DNA of 63,472 nt, counting the filler, from Clostridia bacterium (lineage in GTDB: Bacteria > CBDUZB01 > JAGLHV01): assembly GCA_030637025.1 (NCBI GenBank). It is 6 parts of 6 records of this genome, joined end to end, with 100 filler letters (N's around TTAATTAATTAA, not from the genome) between each part and the next. Parts side by side here need not be neighbours in the genome. Positions count along the whole stretch, not along the records: positions 21,003 to 32,010 come from DAOVVV010000054.1; positions 32,111 to 42,050 come from DAOVVV010000055.1; 4 more parts are not named here. One strand, 5' to 3'. Under the pieces are notes generated by a model. That model worked only from the letters and a program-made list of their open reading frames with translations. It did no database searches and was not told the origin of the DNA. Positions within the stretch are counted from its first letter, which is position 1; the number at the start of each line of letters is the position of its first letter. A program made the translations under genes and the position numbers. Positions 30,565 to 39,975 of this stretch are shown in pieces.

Positions 30565-31083
30565 ATGAGTTTAAAAAACAAGAAGATAATAATTCTTGTG
30601 GAAAATCAATATCAGGATTTGGAACTATGGTATCCTCTTTTGAGGTTGAAGGAAGAAAATGCCCGGGTATTAGTTGTTGGGACCGGAACGGAAAGAATTT
30701 ATAAAGGAAAGTATGGTTATCCTGTGGAACCCGATAAAGATATCGGGCAGGTCAAGATTAATGATTTCGATGCGATAATTATTCCCGGTGGTTGGGCCCC
30801 TGATTTTCTGCGGCGTCATCAACAAGTTGTTTTGTTAGTAAGAGAAGCTTTTTATTCGGGAAAAGTAATTGCTGCTATTTGTCACGGCCCTTCATTATTG
30901 GTATCGGCTCAGGTATTAAAAGGAAAAAAGATTACTTGTTTTATGGCTATAAAGGATGATGTAGAAAGTGCCGGAGCTAAATTTGAAGATAAAGAAGTTG
31001 TTGTCGACGGGAATTTAATTACTTCAAGAAAGCCGGAAGATTTGCCTCGTTTCTGTCAGGAGATAATAAAAAAAATAAAATAA
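30565..31083 (+). CDS. PfpI/DJ-1 family protein
   Basis: IPGGWAPD, AICHG, DGNLITSRKPEDL. Confidence 0.93.
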   Translation: MSLKNKKIIILVENQYQDLELWYPLLRLKEENARVLVVGTGTERIYKGKYGYPVEPDKDIGQVKINDFDAIIIPGGWAPDFLRRHQQVVLLVREAFYSGKVIAAICHGPSLLVSAQVLKGKKITCFMAIKDDVESAGAKFEDKEVVVDGNLITSRKPEDLPRFCQEIIKKIK

Positions 31084-31089
31084 TTTTTC

Positions 31090-31118
31090 TTGACGGAAAT
31101 ACTGCATTAATGTATACT
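31090..31118 (+). promoter_or_regulatory. Sigma70 promoter
   Basis: TTGACG-N17-TATACT, overlapped by inverted repeats TATACT/AGTATA. Confidence 0.7.
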
Positions 31119-31202
31119 AATGACAGTATAAAAATGTAGTTAGTAAAAAAATAGTTTTTTTGAAAACTAGATTTTATATAAAGGAAGGAGGTGAAAGAGA
31201 TT

Positions 31203-31514
31203 ATGGCAGAAAAAGTAGAAAAAGCAGGGATTAAAAGGGAAAAAGGGTTTTTGTATTATCTGGATAAACAGGGTGATATTTCCAAAGCGAGCATGGTGAG
31301 AGGAAAGAAAAAAGGAGGAAAACCCGTAAAAGTATCTAAGTTAGGGATAAAGAGAGAAGAAGGTTTCCTTTACTATATTGACAAACAGGGAGATGTTTCC
31401 AGAGCGAAGATGGCTCGCGGGAGAAAAAAGGCTAAGAAGAAAGTAGTAGCCAAGAAGAAAAAAGTAGTAGCTAAGAAGAAAAAAGTAGTAGCTAAGAAAA
31501 AAAAGAAAAAATAA
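31203..31514 (+). CDS. Small basic protein with an internal duplication and Lys-rich tail
   Basis: Two copies of GIKRE.GFLYY.DKQGD.S.A.M.RG, then (KKKVVAK)x3; AAGGAGG RBS favours ATG 31203 (ORF track 31191). Confidence 0.85.
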   Translation: MAEKVEKAGIKREKGFLYYLDKQGDISKASMVRGKKKGGKPVKVSKLGIKREEGFLYYIDKQGDVSRAKMARGRKKAKKKVVAKKKKVVAKKKKVVAKKKKKK

Positions 31515-31531
31515 TCTTGTGATGAGAAATT

Positions 31532-31576
31532 AAAAAAAACTCTTCTTTTATTTGAATAAAAGGGGAGTTTTTTTTT
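31532..31576 (+). terminator. Intrinsic terminator
   Basis: AAAAAAAACTCTTCTTTTA / TAAAAGGGGAGTTTTTTTTT. Confidence 0.8.
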
Positions 31577-31614
31577 GTCTTGACAAAGAAAAAAAAGGTG
31601 CTATATTCATTAAT

Positions 31615-31811
31615 AGAAGCGAAGAAGTTTCCTGGGGGTAAAGGCCGCAGGAATAAAAAATTTTCCAGGGCCATTAGAGCCTACCCGTCTTCCAGGATAA
31701 GGTAAAAGTGCAATTTTTATGAATAAAAAAGGGTAGGCTCTCCAAATTGCCGAATTGTTCTATTTGTTTTTGATAAGTAAAAAACAGATAGGATAATTCG
31801 GTTTTTTTTTT
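31615..31811 (+). ncRNA. Unassigned structured RNA or attenuator candidate
   Basis: TTGACA(31580)-N16-TATATT promoter with TG extension, GC-rich alternative helices, 23-bp hairpin followed by T10; no credible ORF. Confidence 0.5.
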
Positions 31812-31862
31812 AACCAGGGGTGGTTTTGGGTTATTCTTAAATAATGTGGATAAGGGGGGAAT

Positions 31863-32010
31863 AAAGGCGAAATATGTTTCTCTCTGGACGCATAATTTTA
31901 CCCTACGGGCACGCAAAAACAAGCTAAAAATAAGCAACTCGCTTTGCTCAGACAGGCTTATTTTTTTAACGCTTATTTTTACTAAAATTTGCTATATCGT
32001 TCGAAACACA
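31863..32010. repeat. Family A element at contig end
   Basis: 31870-32010 is identical to 21003-21143 (141 bp). Confidence 0.9.
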
Positions 32011-32110
32011 NNNNNNNNNNNNNNNNNNNNNNNNNNNNNNNNNNNNNNNNNNNNTTAATTAATTAANNNNNNNNNNNNNNNNNNNNNNNNNNNNNNNNNN
32101 NNNNNNNNNN
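32011..32110. other. Artificial contig linker
   Basis: N run with TTAATTAATTAA. Confidence 0.97.
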
Positions 32111-32335
32111 AAATTATGCGTCCAGAGAAAAACATGTTTTGCCTTTGTTCTACCCTCCCCTTCTTAATCTCTAGAATAAAGGTAAAATGTGTTTTGAACG
32201 ATATAGCAAATTTTAGTAAAAACAAGCGTAAAAAAAATAAGCTTGTCTGAGCAAAGCGAGTTGCTTATTTTTAGCTTGTTTTTGCGTGCCCGCAGGGTAA
32301 AATTATGCGTTTAGAGAAAAACATATTTTGCCTTT
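32111..32335. repeat. Family A tandem array (partial unit, linker, full unit)
   Basis: Full copy 32178-32335; linker is a variant of the 21154-21182 linker. Confidence 0.9.
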
Positions 32336-32351
32336 GTTCTCCCCCCCTTTC

Positions 32352-32822
32352 TCACCCAAAAATTAATTCCGGTATTACCTCCCAGACCAAATGCCACTCC
32401 TCACCTTCCCGCCTGAGACATACAACCCCGCCCGAAGAAAAATCAATTAATCTCTTATATTCAGAATTAACCAGTAATAAAGAGCTGAGCTTCTGTAAAA
32501 AAGGAAGATGTCCGACAATCATTAAATGGTCAGCTTCTTTTTTAATTATTTCCTTTAATAAATTATTTACCGGATCATTGGGAAAAAGGTCATCTCTTTC
32601 CATTATGTTTTGTTTATCGATTTTGATTATTTCTGCCAGAATTTGTGCTGTTTGAACAGCCCGGGTCTTTTTACTCTGCCAGAGAATATCTATTTTAATC
32701 CCTGCTTCTTTTAAAAATTTACCTATTTTAAAGACATCCGCTTTGCCTTTCTGGCTAAGCGGACGAGTGGGAAATAATTCACTACCCATTGCTTCTCCAT
32801 GCCGCACTAAATATAAATTCAT
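32352..32822 (-). CDS. sixA: Phosphohistidine phosphatase
   Basis: LYLVRHGEA, RPLS..G, RAVQTA, IVGHLP. Confidence 0.92.
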   Translation of the reverse strand: MNLYLVRHGEAMGSELFPTRPLSQKGKADVFKIGKFLKEAGIKIDILWQSKKTRAVQTAQILAEIIKIDKQNIMERDDLFPNDPVNNLLKEIIKKEADHLMIVGHLPFLQKLSSLLLVNSEYKRLIDFSSGGVVCLRREGEEWHLVWEVIPELIFG

Positions 32823-33026
32823 AATTTTTCCCCTTTTCTTTTTCTTAATTTCTAAATATCGAGTTCATTATATCCAATCGATTAGGAATAATCAATATTT
32901 TTATTTTGATGTTTTATTAACCAATAATAAAGCATTAAAGGAAACCAAAAATCGTTTGACTTTTTTCAATTTTTGATATAGTATATGTAGCATTGTAATT
33001 ATAAAATAAAAGGAAAAAAGGTTAAA

Positions 33027-34676
33027 ATGGTAAAAAAAACAACACTTTTGTTTTCCCTTTTAATAATCAGCATTCTAACCATATCCAGTTATTCTCAAAA
33101 AAGAATACGGATATTCTCTGAAAATCAGTTAACTATTCAACCTAATTTGATTTTAATTGATGGCAAAGGATATTTAAAAGCAACTGATGTAGCCGAAATG
33201 TATAATCTCAAATTAGATTGGTATGGAATCTCTAAAAAACTAATTTTCTCTAAATACAACAAAAAAGTTATTCTTTTCATAGATAGTAAAGAAGTAATTG
33301 TTGATAACATAAAAAGGAAACTGACTAAATCTCCTTTTTTAGAAGAAAATATGGTAATGGTCCCCTTAGAATTGCTTCTCACCCGTTCTTTTAACGAAAC
33401 CTTTCAAAATTCCACTTTATGGAGCAGAGAAACAAGGACGTTAACTATTACCGAAAAAAACGAGAAAACAGAAGAAAATACTGAAGAAGAAGAATATGAA
33501 CAAAAAGAAGAAATAAATATTCTTCCCCCCTGTGTTTTTACTTATCCTGGTTTCACTGAAGTTTTAATTGAAACAATTATCCCCTTACCTTATAATTTAG
33601 AAAAAGACACAACAGTTTCTTCCTTATGTTTAAACATAACCGGAGGAAAACTTAATATTAAAGAATCCGCTTTAATGGTTAAAGACGGTGTAATAAAAAA
33701 TATTTCTGCACAACAAGAAGAAACTAAAGCTTCTTTAATTATAGAATTTGATAAATTCGCAGGGGAATTTAAAGTATTTAAATCATCAAATCCGGTAGGA
33801 ATAGTGGTGAAGACAAAAAACCTTCTCCAGCAAACTACATCTCCGAAAACACCCCTCACCTCACCGGCTGTTGCACAAACACCATCTTTAACCAAAACAA
33901 CAATATCTCCCGCTCCATTTTCTCCATCGGTAGGAAAAGAAAAAACAATTCCTTTAGAAGAAATCATGACCGCTCTTCCTTCTCATCTCAAAATTAAAAC
34001 TATAGTTATCGATCCCGGTCACGGAGGTAAAGATCCCGGCGCTGTCGGTCCTGATGGGACAAAAGAGAAAGATCTGGTTTTAGACGTAGCTAAAAGATTA
34101 GCTAAAATGATTCGAAAAAAACTGCATATTAAGGTAATCCTAACAAGATACGACGATACATTTATCCCCTTAGCCGTTCGCACTCAAATCGCTAATGAAA
34201 AAAATGCAGATCTCTTTATCAGTATCCATGTTAATGCCTCCCTTTCTCCCAAAACCAAGGGTTTCGAAATTTATTTCTTATCAGAAAAAGCATCTGATAA
34301 AGAAGCGGAAGCTGTAGCCAATATGGAAAATTCAGTAATTGCTATGGAAGACCCATCTCCTAAATTGAACGAATTAATGACTATTCTCTGGTCAATGACC
34401 CTTAACAAATTCATGAACAACTCCTCACTACTCTGTTCTTTAATCAGCAGAGAAGTAAGTCTAATGCATTTAGGTATAGAAAATCGCGGGGTAAAGCAGG
34501 CAGCATTTCATGTCTTGCGAGGCACAAAAATGCCTGCGGTTTTAGTAGAATTAGGATTCCTTTCCAATAAAGGCGAAGAAAGAAAACTTAAAAGCAGAAA
34601 TTTTAGAAAAAAAATGACCGAGGCAATATATAAAGGAATCTTTCGTTATAAAAAACAATTAGCTGCGAAAATATAA
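33027..34676 (+). CDS. N-acetylmuramoyl-L-alanine amidase (Amidase_3)
   Basis: Signal peptide; IDPGHGGKDPGA, FISIHVN, VLVELGF. Confidence 0.93.
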   Translation: MVKKTTLLFSLLIISILTISSYSQKRIRIFSENQLTIQPNLILIDGKGYLKATDVAEMYNLKLDWYGISKKLIFSKYNKKVILFIDSKEVIVDNIKRKLTKSPFLEENMVMVPLELLLTRSFNETFQNSTLWSRETRTLTITEKNEKTEENTEEEEYEQKEEINILPPCVFTYPGFTEVLIETIIPLPYNLEKDTTVSSLCLNITGGKLNIKESALMVKDGVIKNISAQQEETKASLIIEFDKFAGEFKVFKSSNPVGIVVKTKNLLQQTTSPKTPLTSPAVAQTPSLTKTTISPAPFSPSVGKEKTIPLEEIMTALPSHLKIKTIVIDPGHGGKDPGAVGPDGTKEKDLVLDVAKRLAKMIRKKLHIKVILTRYDDTFIPLAVRTQIANEKNADLFISIHVNASLSPKTKGFEIYFLSEKASDKEAEAVANMENSVIAMEDPSPKLNELMTILWSMTLNKFMNNSSLLCSLISREVSLMHLGIENRGVKQAAFHVLRGTKMPAVLVELGFLSNKGEERKLKSRNFRKKMTEAIYKGIFRYKKQLAAKI

Positions 34677-34705
34677 AAAAATTTACTAACCTGGGTATTT
34701 CATTA

Positions 34706-35503
34706 ATGAAAAAAGCAATCGGTGTTTTTGATTCGGGAGTGGGCGGATTAACCGTTACCTCACAGATTATTAAATATTTACCACACGAAAATATTATTTA
34801 TTTTGGTGATACTGCTCATCTTCCTTATGGGTCAAAATCAAAAAAAACAGTCACCCGTTTCTCATTAAAAATTACTGATTTTCTCATTAAACATAACATT
34901 AAATTACTTGTAGTTGCCTGTAATACAGCTTCTGCCTTAGGGCTTAACAGCCTTAAACAAAAATTTACCATACCTGTTGTAGGTGTTATCAACCCAGGAG
35001 CTAAAGCAGCAATAAAAGCAAGTAAAAATAAAAAAATAGGCATAATCGGAACCGATGCTACTATTAAAAGTGATGTTTACAAAAAAGCTCTACAAAAACT
35101 CGACTCTAAAATAAAAGTCTATAATCGTCCCTGCCCTTTATTTGTTCCCCTGATAGAGGAAGGATGGATCAATCATAATATCACCTATCTGATAGCTGAG
35201 CAATATCTTAAATTTTTTAAAAATAAAAATATTGATACCCTTATTTTAGGCTGCACTCATTATCCCTTACTTAAGGGTGTAATCATTAAGATAATGGGAA
35301 AAAGAGTTACTTTAATTGATTCTGCACAGGAAACAGCTAAAGAGGTAAAATCCTTGCTGGAAAAAGAAAACAATTTTATTACTCAAAACAATTATAAACC
35401 TCAATACAAATTTTTTGTAAGCGATGCACCATTAAAATTTAAACATTCAGGCGAAAAGTTTCTAAAACGAAAAATATTTTCGGTAAAACAGGTAGAGTTG
35501 TAA
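34706..35503 (+). CDS. murI: Glutamate racemase
   Basis: FDSGVGG, ACNTAS, LGCTHYP. Confidence 0.97.
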   Translation: MKKAIGVFDSGVGGLTVTSQIIKYLPHENIIYFGDTAHLPYGSKSKKTVTRFSLKITDFLIKHNIKLLVVACNTASALGLNSLKQKFTIPVVGVINPGAKAAIKASKNKKIGIIGTDATIKSDVYKKALQKLDSKIKVYNRPCPLFVPLIEEGWINHNITYLIAEQYLKFFKNKNIDTLILGCTHYPLLKGVIIKIMGKRVTLIDSAQETAKEVKSLLEKENNFITQNNYKPQYKFFVSDAPLKFKHSGEKFLKRKIFSVKQVEL

Positions 35504-35504
35504 A

Positions 35505-35825
35505 GACAGACAACAGACAGTCCATAGTCCACAGTCGATAGTCCATAGATAACAGATAAAAGATAAAGACAGTTAAAAGACAAACAAAAGTCCATAGTCG
35601 ACAGTCCATAGATAACAGATAACAGATAAAAGATAAAGACAGTTAAAAGACGGTTGAATTGCCTGTCCGCCAGTCTGTAAGGCGGAGTTTAAATTAGTTA
35701 AATTGGTTAAAGACAAAAGAAAAGTACAGGCACAAAGGCATCAAGGCACAGAGGCACAAAGTTAAAAGATAAAGAATAAATTCAAAACAAAAAAACAAAA
35801 GACAAAAATAAAAGAAAAGGACAAT
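35505..35825. repeat. Mosaic short tandem repeat block
   Basis: AGTCCAT/AGTCCAC/AGTCGAT heptamers, AGATAAC, GGCACA(A/G)A modules, duplicated ~45-bp stretch. Confidence 0.75.
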
Positions 35826-35842
35826 TATGAAAAGAGGGAAAG

Positions 35843-36217
35843 ATGTTTGAATTAATGGTTGAAACCCATTTCAATGCTGCCCATAAATTAAGAAATTATA
35901 AAGGAAAATGTGAAAAATTACATGGGCACAACTGGAAAATAGCGGTTTTTCTAAAGGGCACTAAACTGAACAAAACAGGAATGATTATGGATTTCGGTCA
36001 AATAAAAGAAGAAATAAAAAAAATAACTAAAAAACTTGATCATGCTTATTTAAACACTACCTCTCCTTTTAATAAAATCAATCCCACTTCAGAAAACATT
36101 GCTCAATACATATTTAAAAAAATGAATTCTCTTATAAAAAAACAACAATGCGAAGTATCCAAAGTAACCGTGTGGGAAACAGAAAAAAACTGCGCTACGT
36201 ATTTCCGGGAAGATTAA
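35843..36217 (+). CDS. queD: 6-carboxytetrahydropterin synthase
   Basis: FNAAH, CEKLHGHNW, LDH, NPTSENIA, WET. Confidence 0.95.
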   Translation: MFELMVETHFNAAHKLRNYKGKCEKLHGHNWKIAVFLKGTKLNKTGMIMDFGQIKEEIKKITKKLDHAYLNTTSPFNKINPTSENIAQYIFKKMNSLIKKQQCEVSKVTVWETEKNCATYFRED

Positions 36218-36225
36218 TATAAAAA

Positions 36226-36915
36226 ATGAAAAACAAAAAAGCAGTCGTTCTTTTAAGCGGAGGCATAGATTCTTCTACTACCCTTTATATTGCCCTAAAA
36301 AAAGGGTATGACTGTTTTTGCCTTATTTTTGATTATGGACAAAAACACAAAAAAGAAATTCAATATGCTAAGAAAATTGCTAAAGGAGCAAAGTGCCCAT
36401 ATGAAATCATCCATTTTCAACTTCCCTGGAAAGGCACATCATTGTTAGATAAAAAATTAAGTATCCCCAAAAACCGGACTACACAGCAAATAAAAAAAGA
36501 AATTCCTTCTACTTATGTCCCGGCACGTAACACTATATTTTTAAGTTTTGCCCTTTCTTTTGCTGAAGCAATAAATGCCGAAGTAGTTTTTAACGGAGCA
36601 AATGCCATAGATTACTCCGGATATCCTGATTGCCGGCCGGAATATTTTTCTGCTTTAGGAAAAGTTGCCTGTTTAGGAACTAAAAAAGGTATTGAAGGCA
36701 AAAGCATAAAATTTTTAACCCCATTAATAAAAATGACCAAAACCGAAATAATAAAAACAGGTATAAACTTAAAAGTTCCTTACCGGTTAACCTGGTCCTG
36801 TTATCAAGGAGGCAGGAAACCTTGCCAAAAATGTGATAGTTGTCTATTACGGATAAAAGGATTTAAGGAATTAGGAATCACTGATCCTTTATTATCCACA
36901 TCTATTAAACTATGA
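36226..36915 (+). CDS. queC: 7-cyano-7-deazaguanine synthase
   Basis: SGGIDS, YVPARN, YPDCRP, CYQ..PCQKCDSC. Confidence 0.96.
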   Translation: MKNKKAVVLLSGGIDSSTTLYIALKKGYDCFCLIFDYGQKHKKEIQYAKKIAKGAKCPYEIIHFQLPWKGTSLLDKKLSIPKNRTTQQIKKEIPSTYVPARNTIFLSFALSFAEAINAEVVFNGANAIDYSGYPDCRPEYFSALGKVACLGTKKGIEGKSIKFLTPLIKMTKTEIIKTGINLKVPYRLTWSCYQGGRKPCQKCDSCLLRIKGFKELGITDPLLSTSIKL

Positions 36916-37667
36916 AAATAAACCAATTTAAAAAATTAGATATTCAGGAAGTCTTTTCCAGTATTCAGGGAGAAGGAATTTTTGTGGGAGAAAAACAAAT
37001 TTTCATCCGGTTTTCCAGATGTAATCTCCGGCCGGGATGCAGTTACTGCGATACCAAAATTAAACCGTTGAACAATACTTTTTCTTTAAATCCGGCAAAA
37101 AATAAAACAGAAATTAAAAATGCAATTAACCAGTTAATAAAATTAATTAAAAATCTGGAAACTACCAGTGGCCCCCACCACTCTGTATCTCTCACGGGGG
37201 GAGAACCCCTGCTGTATGTTGACTATCTTGCTTTACTCATTTCGCAAATAAAAAAAATGAAATTAAAAACATATTTAGAAACTAACGGAACCTGTTATAA
37301 ACAGTTTGAAAAAATTAAAAATAAAATTGATATTTTAGCTATGGATATTAAATTACCTACTGACTGCAGAAAAAGTTACTGGAGAGAACATAAAAAATTT
37401 TTAACTTTAGCTAACAATAAAAAAATATTCACTTTTATAAAAATTGTTTTAACCGCTAAAACTACTCAACAGGAAATACAAACATCCGTAAAATTAATAG
37501 CCGACATTAACAAAAACATTCCACTCATTCTTCAACCGGTTACCCCTGTAAAAAAAATATTTCCACCCAAAAACAATATAATCCTTGCTTACCAATCCCT
37601 GGCCGGAAAACATTTAAAAGAAGTAAGGGTTATTCCCCAAATCCATAAAATATTAGGTCTCAAATAA
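36912..37667 (+). CDS. queE: 7-carboxy-7-deazaguanine synthase (radical SAM)
   Basis: EVFSSIQGEG, TGGEP, ETNGT, PQIHK; operonic with queDC. Confidence 0.9.
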   Translation: MKINQFKKLDIQEVFSSIQGEGIFVGEKQIFIRFSRCNLRPGCSYCDTKIKPLNNTFSLNPAKNKTEIKNAINQLIKLIKNLETTSGPHHSVSLTGGEPLLYVDYLALLISQIKKMKLKTYLETNGTCYKQFEKIKNKIDILAMDIKLPTDCRKSYWREHKKFLTLANNKKIFTFIKIVLTAKTTQQEIQTSVKLIADINKNIPLILQPVTPVKKIFPPKNNIILAYQSLAGKHLKEVRVIPQIHKILGLK

Positions 37668-37688
37668 TAACCCAGGCAAATTCTCTAT

Positions 37689-38465
37689 TTATTCTTCCTT
37701 TTTCTTTTTAAGAGAATTCATCCAGTTTGAAAATTGCTCTTTTTGTTTTGCCCGGCGTTCTCGTTTATAAGCTGCACCGGGAATATTAGGCCCAATTTCG
37801 TTTTTGATGATTGCTTTAATCTTATTAGTAAACCTTCGGGTAACTTTAACATTATTAAAAATATTGCCGGTTTCTTCCACAGTGTAAGTATCTTCAGCAA
37901 AATAATGGGATGAAATCGTAGCCGCATAAGCCAATGCAGCCATTTTGCCTAACTTACCGGTTGACCTGCTCCTTCCTACAACCTCTTTAATACGAGCAGT
38001 GGAAAAAACCGAGACATCCGCTGCTACTTTCGGCCTTTTGGTGGAACCCAACCGACCATAGCGCTTTCGTTTTACCTGCTTAGAGGCATTATTTACTATC
38101 TTTTGATCAACAAGCCTAATAACAGCATCATTTTCAAATTCTTTACGGAATTGTACAAACAACCTACCTTTAGTATTTGCTTTAAGATTTTCAGCAACAT
38201 CCGTTTCAAAAAGTGCTACAACAATAGGCTCATTGGATTTCCTTTTTTCGGCTCTGTTTATATCCTCTAAATAAGCAGTTCTTTGTTCTTCTCTTTGCAC
38301 TTCTTCTTGTTCCATTTGTTTTGCTTTTTCCGGAGTAGTCCAGGTAGTAACCTTTCTGCCATTTACCACCCGTGTAGTTTTAACCATCCCCGCACACCCC
38401 CATAAACAGGCAAAAATAAACATACACAAACTAAAAACCAATATGCTTTTCTTATTAGTAAACAT
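37689..38465 (-). CDS. Hypothetical lipoprotein
   Basis: GGAGG RBS, signal peptide with LWGC lipobox. Confidence 0.75.
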   Translation of the reverse strand: MFTNKKSILVFSLCMFIFACLWGCAGMVKTTRVVNGRKVTTWTTPEKAKQMEQEEVQREEQRTAYLEDINRAEKRKSNEPIVVALFETDVAENLKANTKGRLFVQFRKEFENDAVIRLVDQKIVNNASKQVKRKRYGRLGSTKRPKVAADVSVFSTARIKEVVGRSRSTGKLGKMAALAYAATISSHYFAEDTYTVEETGNIFNNVKVTRRFTNKIKAIIKNEIGPNIPGAAYKRERRAKQKEQFSNWMNSLKKKKEE

Positions 38466-38743
38466 AACACCTCCTTATAAAATTAGATAACATGCCTTTT
38501 CCGGCATTTTTTTTATTTCGCTAGTAATTCCTTGTATATCTTTCTTGCTCATAACAACTTACTTCCCTCTTATAAATTAACACAAACATCAACAAAAATC
38601 AATCCCTTTCAGCATCCCAAAAGAGAACGATATATCTTACCATTTCCATTACCCCCCCTATGTACTTGACAAACCCCTTACAAATTTTGTAAATTATCTA
38701 CTAATTTATACCTTATTCAAATTTTATTTTTCAAAATAAAAAA

Positions 38744-38902
38744 TTAACTACCCCTCAGCAAACTGCGGGGACTTAAACCCTATAACCTTCGGACTCCCTG
38801 CGCCGGAGTTTATGTTGAGCAAAACGAAGTGCTCAGGGTCAATTCGACTACAGAGTTTTTGTCAGCATAGCTAAAAAAGCTCTAAGTCTCATTGAATTAA
38901 AA
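38744..38902. mobile_element. PATE-like element, copy 2 (with ~28-bp insertion)
   Basis: Reverse homologue of 27506-27638; starts TTAACTACCCCTCAGCAAACTGCGGGG. Confidence 0.65.
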
Positions 38903-38923
38903 ATAATCTAAGGAGAAAAAACT

Positions 38924-39913
38924 ATGGAACAATCTATTAAAGCAATTGATGAAAAAGTAAAAGAAAACTCCCTGTTTATTGAAGAACTAACAGCAGAAAT
39001 AGGAAAGGTTATCGTTGGCCAAAAATATACTGTGGAGCGGTTATTAATTGCTCTTTTAGCCGATGGACATATTCTGCTGGAGGGCGTTCCCGGTTTAGCC
39101 AAGACCTTAGTAGTAAAAACTTTATCTGAAGTTATAGATACTAAATTTCAACGTATTCAATTTACCCCTGACCTCTTACCTGCAGATTTAATCGGAACAA
39201 ATATCTACAATCCCAAAGGCGGTGATTTTACGGTAAAAAAAGGGCCTATATTTACTAATCTTGTTCTTGCCGATGAAATAAACCGTGCCCCGGCAAAAGT
39301 ACAAAGCGCTCTCTTAGAAGCAATGCAGGAAAGACAGGTTACTATCGGAGAACACACTTTCCCTCTGGATAAACTTTTTCTCGTTTTAGCTACTCAAAAT
39401 CCCATTGAACAGGAAGGCACTTATCCTTTACCGGAAGCACAAATAGACCGGTTTATGCTGAAACTAAAAATTACTTACCCTGATAAAAAAGAAGAATACC
39501 GGATATTAGAAAGAATGACTACCGGAAAAGAAATTACAGTGCGTAAAATAACTACACCCAAACAAATTATCGAAGCCCGTTCTTTGATAAACGAAATCTA
39601 TATCGACGAAAAAATTAAAAAATACATTGTAGATATTGTATCTGCTACCCGCAATCCGGAAGAATACAATCTTCCTAATTTAAAAAATCTTATTGCTTAC
39701 GGTGCTTCACCCCGCGCAACTATCTATTTAGCCAAAGTAGCTAAAGCCTACGCCTTTCTACGCCGGCGAGGGTATGTTACTCCCGAAGATGTAAAATCCA
39801 TCGGATTAGATGTACTAAGACACCGTATTATTGTCACCTACGAAGCAGAAGCAGAAGAAATGACAGGGGAAGATATTGTCAAACAAATCTTTGATGAAAT
39901 TGAAGTCCCCTAA
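38924..39913 (+). CDS. MoxR family AAA+ ATPase
   Basis: GVPGLAKT, RIQFTPDLLPAD, DEINRAPAKVQSALLEAM, TQNPIEQEGTYPLPEAQ. Confidence 0.96.
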   Translation: MEQSIKAIDEKVKENSLFIEELTAEIGKVIVGQKYTVERLLIALLADGHILLEGVPGLAKTLVVKTLSEVIDTKFQRIQFTPDLLPADLIGTNIYNPKGGDFTVKKGPIFTNLVLADEINRAPAKVQSALLEAMQERQVTIGEHTFPLDKLFLVLATQNPIEQEGTYPLPEAQIDRFMLKLKITYPDKKEEYRILERMTTGKEITVRKITTPKQIIEARSLINEIYIDEKIKKYIVDIVSATRNPEEYNLPNLKNLIAYGASPRATIYLAKVAKAYAFLRRRGYVTPEDVKSIGLDVLRHRIIVTYEAEAEEMTGEDIVKQIFDEIEVP

Positions 39914-39975
39914 AAAGATGGATTACAGAATATTTTATTAAAGAACATCATAAAAATAAAACTTTGAGAAAAAAA

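Noticed and set aside
21003-32010. Circular element or composite transposon bounded by 141-bp direct repeats
   Set aside because: Contig carries core genes (gltX, mnmG, ruvX); the exact 141-bp overlap is better explained as an assembly k-mer at a repeat node
31863-32335. Giant inverted repeat across the gap
   Set aside because: The two sides are different contigs joined by an artificial linker
35505-35842. preQ1 riboswitch upstream of queD
   Set aside because: No recognisable preQ1 stem and loop; the region is short tandem repeats
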